Under the pieces are notes generated by a model. That model did no database searches. It saw only the letters and a list, made by a program, of their open reading frames with translations, and had not been told where the DNA came from. A stretch of DNA of 64,000 nucleotides, taken from assembly GCF_001194135.2 (NCBI RefSeq), contig NC_068998.1:51041887-51105886 (forward strand). Direction: 5' to 3'. This stretch comes from Octopus bimaculoides. Taxonomy: Eukaryota. The position numbers were made by a program, and so were the translations under genes. Below, one piece after another: positions 25,584 to 39,570 of the stretch (position 1 is the first letter of the stretch; every line of letters begins with the position of its first letter).

Positions 25584-28500
25584 TAGGAGAGTATTGTTGT
25601 TCGCTTGCAGCATTGTGTATTGTTTGTAAAGAATAAAATGTTTTGAATGACACAGCAACGGACTATAATACAAACAATGGACTATAATATCTGTTGTAAT
25701 TTAATCATCCATAGTCTTTAACTTATGATTAAATTACAACAATTATAGTCCAGAATATATTTATTTATTTACCTCTTATTTACATTTTTAGCGCTTTCTT
25801 CCATTATCGTATTTATCGAACAATGGTTCAAATTTAGATTTCTTAGCACTTTTATAAAGAATTTTTTGGGGTTTGCCAAGCAAGGAAGAGGAAAGAAGAA
25901 AAAAAAAGGTATCATCACTCATATCGATACCCAGGTCCCTCACTGATTTAGGCTCTGGGATTGAAATTCCTTGTGGACCAGTGTACCCTGTAAGTTTCAT
26001 ATTCAGTTTTGGACGCTGGTAGCGCAGGGCTTGGATTTTTCAGCATTAAACTGCATATTATTATCCTCAGCCCATCTGTAAATTGAGTCCAACTCCTGCT
26101 GCAGAATCGCCGCCTTACTGCCTAAATATATTAGAAGATACGTAAATTTCTTTCTTCATCATATCCAATTCCACATTATAATTTCTAATCGACAATGATA
26201 AATAAAATATGCCTGCTTTCTTTTACATTCTCTTTCATATGTTTTCAATGTGGCAATAATATTGATACTAAATTATTTAATTCAGTGTTGTATCCAAATT
26301 TGAAGGTCAGAGATTGTTCGGCCAGAACAATTTGCCCTCACATCGTGAAATATAACAAAGGTACTGGTGCTGCAAACTGTCGGTACATAATATTTCATTT
26401 ATCTTATAGCTAATTTTATTAATGTAATGATTATGTTCTAATTTTAATTCTAATTTTATTAATCTAATAATTATGTTTAATTCTAATTTTTATAAAGATC
26501 CATAGAATTCAATGTTAATTACAAATATTTTTTCACATCGGTACTCAAAGAAAGATTGCTTGGTGGTGTGACTGAAACTAAATACTCTAGAATTTTTCAG
26601 TGATACATAAGTATAAAAATGAGTAACAATGTAAACCACAATAAGATTTGTTTGCAAACCGGACAAACAAGGTCGATGATCTGCGTGTAATGTCATCCTA
26701 TGTCATTCCCGAAGATTACCAAATACACAGATAACTTCCAGCATAAACATAAATCAATTTATTTAAAGTATATTTTGAACGCAAAATATTTCTAAAATTG
26801 AAGGATAGTAGTTTTAAGTGAAGTGTTTCGTCCTTGAGTAAAGTACTTCATTTGCAGGCTTCAATGAGTACAAATCGATACTGATGCAATCTACACTTCC
26901 TCCAGCTGTCTTGTCTTTGATTTTTACCTTGAGGGATCGTTGGGAAGGGAGTGATTGTCGGCCTTGTTTTTTTTTTTACATCCGATTGCAATTATGTAGG
27001 CACCAAAAATAATTCATGAAAACATGATACATATTTCCATGCCATATATGCTAGCAAGTGACAGCCGATGGATGTATTGTACTTATTACTAGCTATATTA
27101 AATCTTCTCTCCTAGAACATAATCCACTGATTTGTACTTGCATTTCAGATTTTATTACGAATATGAATTATGTGCTGCCAAAACAAACTGGTATTGTGTT
27201 GATGAGTACCTTTATGAATATGTGAACTATAACTGCGGTCGTAAGATATAAATATATAATCTTATTATCTGATTCCATGCATCGACTAAATCCTAAGCGA
27301 TAATTACTTCTGTCAATTTAAGATAAGAGTTTATACCCAACTGGCATTAACTTTATATTTAGATGACATTAAGTACCTACATAAAAATTTCTGAACGAAA
27401 CCGATAGACGCCGCTGTTTCGACGGTGTCGATTCATCACAGCTGGCTGGACATTTAACAAAGTTTGGCGACAATACATTTAGACATTGGAGACAAATATA
27501 ATATTCAGACACACATATGCACATGCAGATCTTAAATACGCATAATCAGAAATATATACTTACAGATAGGAAGCTCGAAAGAAGGGTTGGGATAGAGACG
27601 TTACAATTAACAATTGAACACGACTGATGTAAACACCTTCCCACACGCCATGAATAAAGAAAAATATTCTCACGCACCCACATGCACCCACATGCACTCA
27701 CACACACACACACACACATGTGAGCATATCTTTACAGATAGAGAGATAGAACGAAAGAAAGATTAAAACGTCGGTTGTCAAATTAGTTAGTGTCGAATTA
27801 ACGATGGCAAATGCGTCGCACCATAACGGCTGTTCCAAAATCTGTGATACTCATAAAGTCTACAACATAATATCCACAAAATACCCACAAAATAGATATT
27901 AAAATATCTGTCTAGTATTAACATCTTATCGTTCTATTCATTCTCATTATGTACAGACCTAAATTCATTATATGAATGGTTATATTTAAGTACCAATACA
28001 GTAATGGAATATTTTAATTCGGCTTAATCAACACCGGAATTGAATTGGTAATTAATTTCATCGCTGAACACGACAAAGGTGGTAGAATGGAAACTGGAAA
28101 AGTGACTCCGAAAAATTTTCAGAGTCAACTTCTTCATCTTTATCAAGCGAGAACATTAGATTGAAATACTTTGTGAAGACTCCTAGACGCTTGCATGACC
28201 CGTGTCAGTCTCACAACATGACACCTTGGATATGTACCCTTTACTGTAGCTCCGTATCAAATTATGTGTTGTGAATCAATTTGATGGACGGAAACTGTAT
28301 GTGTATGTGCGTGCGCGTGAATGCATGAGCGTATCTACATATGTATATGCGTATGAGCGTGCGTGTCTTGTGCATCTCCTTGAACGCCTTGAAAATCAGT
28401 CTCGTTTTGTTTATGTCTCTTTAAGGAAAGGAGACTGATGGAATATTTACCAGACTTTGAAAAATAATAAATAGTGGAGTCTATTTCTTGGACTAAAGTT

Positions 28501-28692
28501 TCAAGATAATGCTGAAGCACGACTCCGATCCAACACCAGAACCAAAATAACTTTGTTATTCCACAATAAACACCATATTTCATATTTATTCCAGCTACAG
28601 CCCCACCACCACTATCCATGAATGGTGCTTTGGCCTGTTTTACATCTCCACACAGTATATTACCAGTTCTTATTCTACTGATATTGGTGTGA
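19801..28692 (+). CDS. G3: 139 aa secreted, predicted GPI-anchored six-Cys protein with 7 coding exons
   Basis: Exons 19801-19837, 21076-21114, 24230-24250, 25332-25367, 26286-26382, 27149-27240 and 28595-28692; 420 nt in frame: [142 protein letters not shown]-track entry 26195..26413 contains the 97-nt exon. Confidence 0.88.
19960..20300 (+). mobile_element. RTE/BovB-like LINE post-RT fragment in G3 intron 1
   Basis: [28 protein letters not shown]...[12 protein letters not shown] resembles the YLGS...EIxxRIxKAxxAFG motif. Confidence 0.65.
22268..23200. mobile_element. Internally deleted Tc1/mariner remnant (minus strand, about 22600-23200) plus an inverted partial copy (+, 22268-22448)
   Basis: [19 protein letters not shown] (WPPRSPDL-type) segment is fused to [19 protein letters not shown]; present in both orientations. 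Confidence 0.7.
25850..26120 (-). mobile_element. CR1-like LINE RT fragment
   Basis: [21 protein letters not shown]...[15 protein letters not shown] (RT domains 6-7). Confidence 0.7.
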
Positions 28693-28899
28693 TGGATTCA
28701 AAGTCAACTGAAAGAAATATATCTGATGTGAGACTTTTTATACAAATAAAATCAATATTATATCCGTTACAAATTCACTTTCAGAATATATAACAAAGAA
28801 TTTATTGATGTTTTTGTAATGACAGCGTAAAATAATGCTCGTCCCCCTTTAGTTATAATGTAATATATTACTATAATGAGTGCTAAGATGACAGGTTAA

Positions 28900-29654
28900 C
28901 ACGTTGACTACCAACTACGCGTTATCTCGTAGTTGGCAATCTATACAATTTTGCCAGGTACGAGCATACCCGTAGAGGTCTATTTTATTGTAATGCACTT
29001 AAAATGAACTGGCGTCTGGAACTAACATTGTGAGTGTGTTGTAGAAACGCTAAAGACACCTTTTATTTGCCCAATGATACGAATTAACTCGTATCATACC
29101 ACCTGGCAGGAAATATATTTGGTAAAACATCTATATATATCAGGTATAAGTATTAGATGTTGATGCAGTTGGTGCCGGAGAACTTAGTGCAGTTGGTGCA
29201 GGAGGACTGCGTTGTCTCTTACGACGTCGAGCAACTAATTGTTCATCTACGTATGTAGAACTGGCGTCACTGGTATTACTTCCACTGGTATTTGCTTCAT
29301 AACTTTTATCCAAAGCATCTGAGTATTCTTCCGATAGTTCATTTTCCGTGAGTTCTTGAAGCATTCCAGCAATTTATAGTTCTTTATAAATCTGAAAAAA
29401 TAAAGAATATATTATACAGTGAAGAGACAGTCAAATAATGAATAACATCCCTTCAAAGCCTTTATAGCAAACCAATCTGAGCATTTTGCATTACTATGAG
29501 ATAACTCCTATTACGTCATTGGTGTGTAATTACATGTATTAAGAACCTATATACCACCACACATAATATTTCAGTTTTCTGATTTGAGAGAGTTAATTAA
29601 GCTCTTTTGGCAAATAGAAGCAGATCATATCGATGTCTTGTGACAGGCAACGTG
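28900..29654 (-). mobile_element. Internally deleted piggyBac-like element with TTAA target duplication
   Basis: TTAA at 28896-28899 and 29655-29658, CACGTTG inverted termini and an acidic N-terminal ORF remnant (29140-29364). The G2 paralogue (about 17258-17300) shows the empty site GATGACAGATTAATACTGAC. Confidence 0.8.
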
Positions 29655-29999
29655 TTAATACTGACTTGCATATCACATTCATGTTATGAGATGTATTATT
29701 CTAGCACTAATACATTTCATATTATATCTGAATTATCAATATTTTGTAATATCAGTACAAAATAATATTTATTCTCTTAGTATGGAATTCATTTAGATTA
29801 ATTGTTATTAAATACATTTAATTAAAGTAAATAAATAGAAAATTCCTTTTCTTTTTCATTGCAGTTCATATACTATGCAGTAATTTGTTCTTAAACTGTT
29901 TTGACTATGGCGACCAGGAATACTTGTGCAAATAAAAACCTGTGTAAATTTAATTAATATATATGCGTTGTTTTATAGTTTCGCTTGACTGTGGAAAGG

Positions 30000-30730
30000 T
30001 GGTGCCCTTCATCGTCTATAAAGTTGGTATTTGTAGCGTCACATTTAGCAACCGCGTCATCTCTTGTCAGTACTGAGTTCACTGTAGTAGGTTTACCGTG
30101 TATCATTTCAGTTGGATTACCACGTAGAGTCGGTGCAATTAATGATCATATATCTTTGCATTCGTTATATGGTTGCTTTTAAGCAATCGGTGGTAGATTA
30201 CTCCTTTCCAATCCCACCACACGCCAATGACTGCCTTGCTTGTATGCTACTCCCAATTAGCTTGAGGTTTTGATAGCTTGCCGAGACTTAGCCATACTTT
30301 ATTCCACCTCATATAGATATACAGACAGCAGTTTTCATCGCTGGTGACGATGCACTAAGAAAATGTCTGTTCGTGTCCCCGAGTAACCTGTTGTCGAGCG
30401 AACAAACGAGGAAACCCGTGACCTTAGAGGTGTACTGAAGTATGTGTCTTTCGTTTAGAATGTGTTACTCGTATACTGCGTTTTGGAGATGGACCCATAA
30501 AGTGAAAATGACTCCCGACGGTAACAGTAGAGTATGCCACCTGCCGAATATTTCCTTTGTGGAATGGCGCCGAGCGTCGTGGTTGACTCGCTGGACAGAG
30601 CTTGATTGAACTGAACAGGTTGGTAGGAATGCAGAGAATCGGAGAAGCTGAATTTCCTCCTCTTGAAATGTGGAAATCATTTCTGTGCATTTGTTTTTTT
30701 CCAATCGCTGGCTCTCCGTCGGTTAAAACA
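30000..30730 (-). mobile_element. Decayed mariner (DD34D) transposase remnant downstream of G3
   Basis: Homologous to 38790-39570; a degenerate CVWWDWKGVIY-type motif on the minus strand; truncated by a SINE at about 30735-31037. Confidence 0.6.
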
Positions 30731-30734
30731 ATGA

Positions 30735-31037
30735 CGGTTCCAGTTGCTACGAACAACGGAGCAACCTGCTCGTGGGATTAATGTGAAAATGGCTGAACTC
30801 TCCACAGACACGCGTACCCTTAATGTAGCTCTCAGGGAGATTCAGCATTACACAGAATGGGACAAGGGCAGCACTTTGAATTACAGGTACAGCTCATTTT
30901 TGTTAGCTGAGTAGTCTGGAGCAACGGGAAATAAAATGTTTTGCTCAAGGACACACAACGCACAGCACGGAATCGAACTCACAAACTTAACTATCGCGAG
31001 CCGATTACCGTAATTGCGAAGCCACGCGCCTTCACAT
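30735..31037 (-). mobile_element. tRNA-derived SINE
   Basis: Reverse complement of the family at 61266-61550. Confidence 0.7.
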
Positions 31038-31368
31038 TGTCAGTACATAGCACAAATATCTCGGACGGACGGCTTTGAAAGCGTTATAACCTTGAAAGAA
31101 AACGAAGAGAAACGAATGACGCAAATGATCATTTTTGTACATTTTGCTCTGTCGTTAGATTAAAAACAGCTAAAATGTATTACAGTTTCAAAAAACGATA
31201 ATAAAACGTAGATGAAAGATAACGCTACAAATCCGCCCATAAGTCTCAATGATAAACATACGTTTATATCAAATTTGCACTATTTACATAAATACACACA
31301 CACACACATCCACCCCCTGACACACAGTCATGTGTGTGTATATATATATATATTATAAATATAATAAC

Positions 31369-31418
<50 letters not shown>

Positions 31419-31447
31419 TGATGATGATAATAATAATAATAATAATG

Positions 31448-31495
<48 letters not shown>

Positions 31496-32599
31496 TGTAT
31501 GACAGCAAAAGAATGAGCCCTCGATATTTGTTGAAATAGAGAAGTATTTTATGTTACAAAATTAGATTAAAGAGTACACAGTTGTCATTGTAGTACTCAG
31601 AGTTTCGAATCTCGGAGCGAGGAGCTACGATATATTCTCGCTGGCTATTAATGGTAAGAGACGCTACGAAAAACCGTTAAATATAAGGGAAGTAAATCTA
31701 ATAGATAGAAAAAAGAGCAAAAGATAAAAAATATGCTAAAAATATATTTAAAAATATATTAAAATATACGCACAATCATATTCTCACTACGAATAACATA
31801 CATACACACACACACACACACATATATTCCACCCACCACACACATACACCCGCACACCACACACGTACACCCGCACATATACAAACATATCCATATCCAT
31901 ATAAATGAAGGGGCGTGTGCGCATGAAAATCGCATACATGCACCGGACACAATCTTACACTCATATGTGTGTGTGGGATGGTGTGTGTGAGTGTATATAT
32001 GTGTGTGTGTGTGTATACCTAAAGTATTTGTTTTAAAAACACATATGTGCGTATAGTTACGTGTGTATATATATATATATATATACCTACACACACACAC
32101 ACACACACATATATANNNNNNNNNNNNNNNNNNNNNNNNNNNNNNNNNNNNNNNNNNNNNNNNNNNNNNNNNNNNNNNNNNNNNNNNNNNNNNNNNNNNN
32201 NNNNNNNNNNNNNNNNNNNNNNNNNNNNNNNNNNNNNNNNNNNNNNNNNNNNNNNNNNNNNNNNNNNNNNNNNNNNNNNNNNNNNNNNNNNNNNNNNNNN
32301 NNNNNNNNNNNNNNNNNNNNNNNNNNNNNNNNNNNNNNNNNNNNNNNNNNNNNNNNNNNNNNNNNNNNNNNNNNNNNNNNNNNNNNNNNNNNNNNNNNNN
32401 NNNNNNNNNNNNNNNNNNNNNNNNNNNNNNNNNNNNNNNNNNNNNNNNNNNNNNNNNNNNNNNNNNNNNNNNNNNNAAGATCAATATTTTAAATGCCGAT
32501 CTTATCCTTATATATATATATATATATACAGACTGACAAATAGATAGATAGATAGACAGATATGCACACATATCTACATAAACACACACACACATATAT

Positions 32600-32985
32600 T
32601 CATGATTATCATAAGGTCTACAATATGATACCCCATTCTTAGATCATGGAATGCGTGAATCTATGGATATTGCATTTGTTGGATAGGTAGCAGGCAGAAT
32701 TGAAAACAGATGGAAAAATCTTAAGGGCCATAGACATCAAAGTAAGCGTATTTCAAGGGTTCTGTTTGTCCTCACTGATTTTTGCATTGTGCATGGTATC
32801 ACTAAGAAGGATTCTGAGGAAAACTAAGTCTGGTTATGAATTTATAAGTCTTCAACAAAAAATTAACCACTTGTTACTTAAGGATGACCTCAAACTTTAC
32901 GGTAAAAATGAATCCCAGGTCATTCCCATCGTTGATAAGGTGTAAGCATTCAGTGTTTATATCAGAATGGAGTTTGGATTGAATT
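32600..32985 (+). mobile_element. R4/Dong-like LINE RT core fragment
   Basis: VFQGFCLSSLIF...KINHLLLKDDLKLYGK...MEFGL corresponds to degenerate FQGDSLSP and FMDDLKLY motifs. Confidence 0.7.
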
Positions 32986-33164
32986 TTAAACATCTGTAAC
33001 ATTTAACAAAAATTATCTGGAATAAATGAATAACAAATTCGGATTTAGCAGGTAAAAATTATATCAATATACCAAATTTGAAAATTTTCAATTAATTTTA
33101 TAATTTCAAAACCTGTAACAGCTTCAGAAAACATCCCCTCTCTCAGTCCCCCTCTCTCCGAGAA

Positions 33165-33365
33165 TAAGATGCATCGATTAGATGGTGAGCATACAAGAGC
33201 CTCCCTCCACTTCACAGATTCAGAAGACGATGTCCCATCCCAGTTCAAACGACTTCAGTTCTCTACGAGTTTTAATTTTGCCATGCTCATCAACAAATCG
33301 CAAAATGAGGCATTTTCAGTTACTGGTTTACACCTTGAAGAGTCTTGCTGCACTTATGTTAAATA
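33165..33365 (+). mobile_element. Helitron PIF1-helicase C-terminal fragment
   Basis: DVPSQFKRLQFSTSFNFAMLINKSQNEAFSVTGLHLEESC resembles FKRLQFPVRLSFAMTINKSQGQ. Confidence 0.7.
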
Positions 33366-33559
33366 AATCATTAAAATAGTTTCCGTAGTGAGGAAAAACA
33401 GTAAAAATGTCTAATAAACTATGCCGTACTTTATGCAGCAATTGTACATATTCTTTCAATGATGGGAACAGATGTTACGTCATATTAAGTATACAAGAGG
33501 AGGTTACTGTAATGCGACAATTTCTCAACAAGATGTTCTCTTTAATACGAATATACAGG

Positions 33560-34039
33560 ATGAAATATTTTCTATGCTGGTTTCTTGTCATGGTTCGTAA
33601 GTATCTCAAATATAAGCAATTTTCGTCGTTGTAAACTTGCAATTTAATTTGTTAGTTTGTGTATATGATTCAATACTACAAATTCACTCTGTTCTTATAC
33701 ATGTGTATGTGTATGCATATAATCTCGTGTATATAATATAAAACATATGGATATGACAACTCGATAGAGATTGAATGTTTTCAAAAAATTTAGGCAAATC
33801 TTACAGCATTTTGATAAATCATTTATGAAGCTTTCGATATCATATTTGCTTTTTCTAAAATCATTTTTATGGTCTCTTTAGGTGTAGCGGTAGCTAATTC
33901 GTAAGTAGTTTTCTTCCCAACCACATGGTTCCTGCTTCAGTCCCACGTGGCAAATTGGGCGAGTGTCTTCTACTATAGTTTCAAGCCGGCCAAATACTTG
34001 TGAGTCGATTTGGTAGAGGGAAACTGAAAGAAGCCCTTC

Positions 34040-34070
<31 letters not shown>

Positions 34071-35478
34071 NNNNNNNNNNNNNNNNNNNNNNNNNNNNNN
34101 NNNNNNNNNNNNNNNNNNNNNNNNNNNNNNNNNNNNNNNNNNNNNNNNNNNNNNNNNNNNNNNNNNNNNNNNNNNNNNNNNNNNNNNNNNNNNNNNNNNN
34201 NNNNNNNNNNNNNNNNNNNNNNNNNNNNNNNNNNNNNNNNNNNNNNNNNNNNNNNNNNNNNNNNNNNNNNNNNNNNNNNNNNNNNNNNNNNNNNNNNNNN
34301 NNNNNNNNNNNNNNNNNNNNNNNNNNNNNNNNNNNNNNNNNNNNNNNNNNNNNNNNNNNNNNNNNNNNNNNNNNNNNNNNNNNNNNNNNNNNNNNNNNNN
34401 NNNNNNNNNNNNNNNNNNNNNNNNNNNNNNNNNNNNNNNNNNNNNNNNNNNNNNNNNNNNNNNNNNNNNNNNNNNNNNNNNNNNNNNNNNNNNNNNNNNN
34501 NNNNNNNNNNNNNNNNNNNNNNNNNNNNNNNNNNNNNNNNNNNNNNNNNNNNNNNNNNNNNNNNNNNNNNNNNNNNNNNNNNNNNNNNNNNTACATATAA
34601 TACTTATTTCATTTTACTCTCCCTTATGTTTTTTACAGAGGGAAATGTAGCTTTTGATGGTGAGTAAATTCTCTCTTACGATATAAATTGTTATGATTTG
34701 TGTCGTAAATTTTACTACATACATTATGTTATAGATTAAAAAAATTCGTGAACGGGAATTAATTCGTTTTTCTAACGATGATTCTCGGAGAAGTTAAATC
34801 TACAAATAATAGCATGTAAATTCGGGTTAAAAAACAACTAGAAGGCTGCTCGTCGGACTCAAACGTATATCTCCTGTAAGAATACACACACACACACCAT
34901 CTATATATCTTCACACGCACACATATCTTATCTGTTGTTGTGTAAAGTTCTGGAGAAGTCAGTATAAACGTATTGTGCAGTTATTAACCGCTGTACTATT
35001 CTGGATGGTATACCGATTTATTTAAATATCTATTCCAATTTCCCTTCAAATGATTACAAAAATAATTTCATATATTTAAATTTCAGTTACTATATTTACG
35101 TATGTTGGGTTCTACTTTTGTCGCCATCGCAGCTTCTAATTCTGCGTACATATTATTCAAAGGAAATTAAAATCCTTTAATTGGAATTTCGTTTTTTATA
35201 TTTTGTGGAAAGTTACGAGGGCGTTTGTGGAACAAAATATGAAGTATATTTGACCATTGTGTACCCACTTCAGAACTATTAAGGTTTCTCCATTCTTTCT
35301 TAAACGTTTACAAGTTGTATTATGTATGTCTGCATGTTTTAAATATGGTTTATGAATATATCTACGCAAATGCTCAATTTAAATCGTATGAGTAAAAAAA
35401 TTAAGGAAAATTTCCTTATCGCTTTGACTGGCTGTTCATTAAATGTGTCAGTTACATTTCATATATATACTTTGGTGA

Positions 35479-35567
<89 letters not shown>

Positions 35568-38205
35568 TGCGTGTGTGTGTAAGTTTGCCTGTGCAGATGG
35601 TGTGTGAGTGCTTGAATGTGTATGTGTGTGTATAAATGCATAGGTATGTAAGGTTATATATATGTATATACACATACGCATAACAATTTCTCTCTATATA
35701 TGTGTATATTATTTATGATATATTTTTAAAACTAATACCTTTTTATGTAAAAGATATCGTTTCCTTTAAATTATAGTCAAACGCATCAAGCAGAAAAAGG
35801 AGTTATTTGAACGTATGTAACATTTTATACTAAACTTAACTTGTAAATAGCTTATCTTAAATGTCTATTTTTCACCTTATATCTTATATATACACGTACA
35901 TACATTCATACATACACACACAATTTTACCATTACGCTTCATCTACAATTTTAATTATATTTAATTCCAAAATTACTGCAGAGCTTAATGACCACCACCA
36001 GGACCCGGTTTCCACAAAAACTAATCGACTGACCTCCTCCCCTAAAATTTCGGGCCTTATACCTAGAGTAAGAAAGAATATTTCTACTTTATCTGTGTCT
36101 AAGATAGAATTGGAATGTCTGTGTAAAAGAATGATGTATTTATGTAATAGAATGTAAAAGAATGATGTATTTACGTAACTTTCAATATTCTTCTTCATAT
36201 ATTATATTCAAAAATGAATTAAAGGATCGCCCAACAATTTCCATTTGTATTTTGCTTATAGAAGAGAAAGGCTGACAGCGTACCTAAAGCGATACTGACA
36301 ACTGTTTGCATGAAACACGTATATGTGTACATATATACGTACACTTGCGTCTGCACACACATCTGTATAGAGTGAGTCAGAGAGACAGATACAGAGGGAT
36401 GTGTGTGCGTGTGTGTGTGCGCGTGTGTGTGTGCGTGTGCGTGCGTGTGTTTGTATACGTCTGTAGATATATGTGCAATTTCACATCACTAACAACCACA
36501 TGATCTCGTAAAATACTTTTCGAAAGTAGAAGATTAAACTATCATGGCGTTGATTGTATAACCTGCACTCGATATAGCTGCACTCGATATAGCTAAACTC
36601 TGATCTCTTAAGATATATTTCCCTAAAGCACTGTAAACAATGAAAACTGCCTGAATATATAAAGAGATTCCTTTTATCATATTCTATAGCACATTATATT
36701 TTCCAATCGATATTAATGAAATGGTTTCTAACTAAACGTACAAGTATTACTTTACGATCTAATGCAAGATATGTTTTCAATGTTGCAATAATATTGAGTT
36801 AAACAATTATCTAATTTACAGAAATAGATAAAAAATTTAATGCTAATTCATGCTCGCCCGAAATCATTTGCCCTAATATCCTGGAGCATTTGAAAATGAA
36901 GCCTGAAGAGAACTGTCGGTATATATAATTTTATCAAACTTATTACTGTTTTTATCCCATCTAGTAAATACATTTTATTTTAATTTTCATAAATATTGAT
37001 TCCCTAAAATGTTAATTACAAATGTACTTGTTTCACGGTCAGAAACCTTTTGGTGTTGCCAAACTAAAGTCACTAGAATATTTCAATGATACATAAGCAA
37101 AGAAACGAATAACAAATACCAACTAAAATGAGATTTGATTGCAGACATTAAATATGGAAGAGAGCAATATGGCCGACGCTCTTCATATAATACTATCCAC
37201 TGTCATTATGGAGGATTACTAAACACAGAGTTAACGTGAAACATAGACATAAGTAATATAAGTTAAAGAACATAAAGCAAAATATTGTCAGATTTGAAGG
37301 ATAGTTGGTTCGGTATAGGACTCTGGTCATACAATCACATGTATAAATCCTAAACCTTGTAGAGCGTTGCTCGTTTGAGAAAATAACTAATTTCTCGTTG
37401 AAATGAGCGCAACCTGATGCTGATGTTAATTTTCTTCTTTCACCTGTGTCAGTACCTGAGGGATATTTGGCAAGGCAGTGATTGATTGCTTTGTTTACAT
37501 CCAATTGCAATTATGTAGGTGAAAAAAAAAAGAACATGAAAACATGATACATGTTTCCGTGCTATATAAAGTAGCACGTGACAGCTGGATGTGTTTATTT
37601 ATTATCAACTTTATCGAGTCTTCTCTTCTAAAATAATATCTAGTGATTTGTATTTGCCTTTCAGATACTATTACGAATATGAATTATGTGCTATAAAAAT
37701 CCGTCCGTCTTGTACTGGTGCGTACACTGAAGAATATGTGAAACATAAGTGTGCTGGTAAAAAAGTTTTAATGTAATCTTCAGATGAGAATCCATGTGCC
37801 CACTAAGTTCTAAACGATAATTACCGTTGTCGATTTACGATGCTAATTTATATATAACTAACATAGATTTCATATTTAGAGGACATCTAATATACGTAAA
37901 CATTATACAGAAATCTTGGAATGAGATGAATAGACGCCGCTGATGCGACGGTGTCAATTTATCCCCACTGATCGGACATTTTCTCAGTTTAGCAGCAATA
38001 AATTTTGGCACTGGTGTCAAATACGTACACATACGCATACATATACATAGTTATGTAAATACGCCAATGCAGAAATGTACACATTCACGAGAATATTAAT
38101 TTATCTATTGCAGAGAAATCAATACACAATAAATCCCATGCTTTGACGTATTGTATGTCTTCATATACCACACTACCACTTCTTATTCTCCCGTTATTGG
38201 TGTGA
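33560..38205 (+). CDS. G4: about 124 aa secreted, predicted GPI-anchored six-Cys protein; 39-nt exon 2 not seen (absent or in the N gap)
   Basis: Exons 33560-33596, 34639-34659, 35777-35812, 36822-36918, 37665-37756 and 38114-38205; in frame without exon 2: [124 protein letters not shown]. An N gap at 34071-34591 could hide exon 2. Confidence 0.85.
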
Positions 38206-38789
38206 TGGAATTCAAAAACAACTGAAAAGAATATATTTGATGTGAGAATATTTATACAAATATAATCAATTTATGATTTCTTTTGCTAGTTCACTTTCAG
38301 AATATATGACACAGAATTTATATCTATCGTGTATTATCTCTGGATTATTAATATTTTTAATGACAACATAAAATAATTTTCATCTTCTTTACTTACAATG
38401 TTATATATCACTGTAATGTTTTGGTTAATAGTGACTGTCATATGACATTCATGTTATGAAATCTATTATCCTAACACTAATATATCTCATATTATCTCTG
38501 CATTATCAATAACGTGCAATATTAGTGCAAAATAATCTTTATTCTCTTAGTAGTGAATTTACCTTGATTAATTGTCATCAGTTTCACGAAAGGCATGCAA
38601 ATAACAATTCTGTTTTGTTTTTCTCATTGCAGCTCATATTCTACTCAGTAATCAGTTCTCGAATTGTGTTTTGACTACAGTGAGCACGAAGAGAAATACT
38701 AACATAGATAAATAAAAGAAATTTATGTATCTTTGATAAATATATCTGCGTTGCTCTATATAGTTTTGCTAGACTGAGAAGTTTCTCTT

Positions 38790-39570
38790 CATCGTTTATT
38801 TAAGTTGGTCATTGTAGCGTCGCATTAGTCAGCTATGTGATCTCTTGACCAGATGGATTATCTTGTAGAGCCGATGCAACTGCTGAACGTAAAACGCTGC
38901 TTTGATCATGTGCTTGTTTTCAAGCATTTCGTAGTGGATTATGCAATCCTAATCTACCACACGCAATCTAGCTCCTCGCCTGTATGCAGCTCTGCGTTGT
39001 CTCGGAGATTTGGTTGCTTTCTACTGTTTCATATTCACGAAATGATATTATTGTTAATCGCTGGCGAGCATGCGGTAAAAAATCTTTGTTTGTGTCCACG
39101 AAAAACCCGTTGCCGAGCAAACATGTGGTGGTTAAGTGTATCTCTTTCCTTCAGAGCATGTTTTGGATATTCACTGTCGAATGACGATAACGGGTGCTGG
39201 TATCATGAGAGGATGCCATCTGCTGGGCATTTCCCTTTTGGGCTGGCGGAGATTTTCGTGGATGGATTGTTCAATCGACCTTTGTTGAACTGAAAAGGTT
39301 AGTGGGAATATGGAATGTCATTACGGTCGAATCTTCCTTTCTTAAAGCGTGCGAAATCCGTTCTCTGCTGTTATTTCTGTAATAGCATAGCATCCGTACG
39401 CACCACAAATGGTACAAGTGTTTTCGACAGCTTTGGAAACTGCACTCAGGTATGCCACACGGGTCTCTACACTCACACCGGATACTGAAATGTCAACAAA
39501 ACTGAAGAATTTCCGGACGGAACTTCTAACCACAGTCTCACAAAATAGCAGATGTCGCAATAATACGCGC
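38790..39570 (-). mobile_element. Decayed mariner (DD34D) transposase remnant downstream of G4
   Basis: The minus strand gives RHLLF..., TICGAYG..., FARQRVFRGHKQRF and HYEMLENKHMIKAAFYVQQLHRL, with many stops. Confidence 0.7.

Noticed and set aside
25611-25625. 15-nt candidate micro-exon in G3
   Set aside because: Weak donor and no homologue in the gap-free G4 intron.
38853-39293. 146-aa + strand ORF (and the 110-aa ORF 30424-30756)
   Set aside because: Antisense or off-frame readings of decayed mariner transposase.
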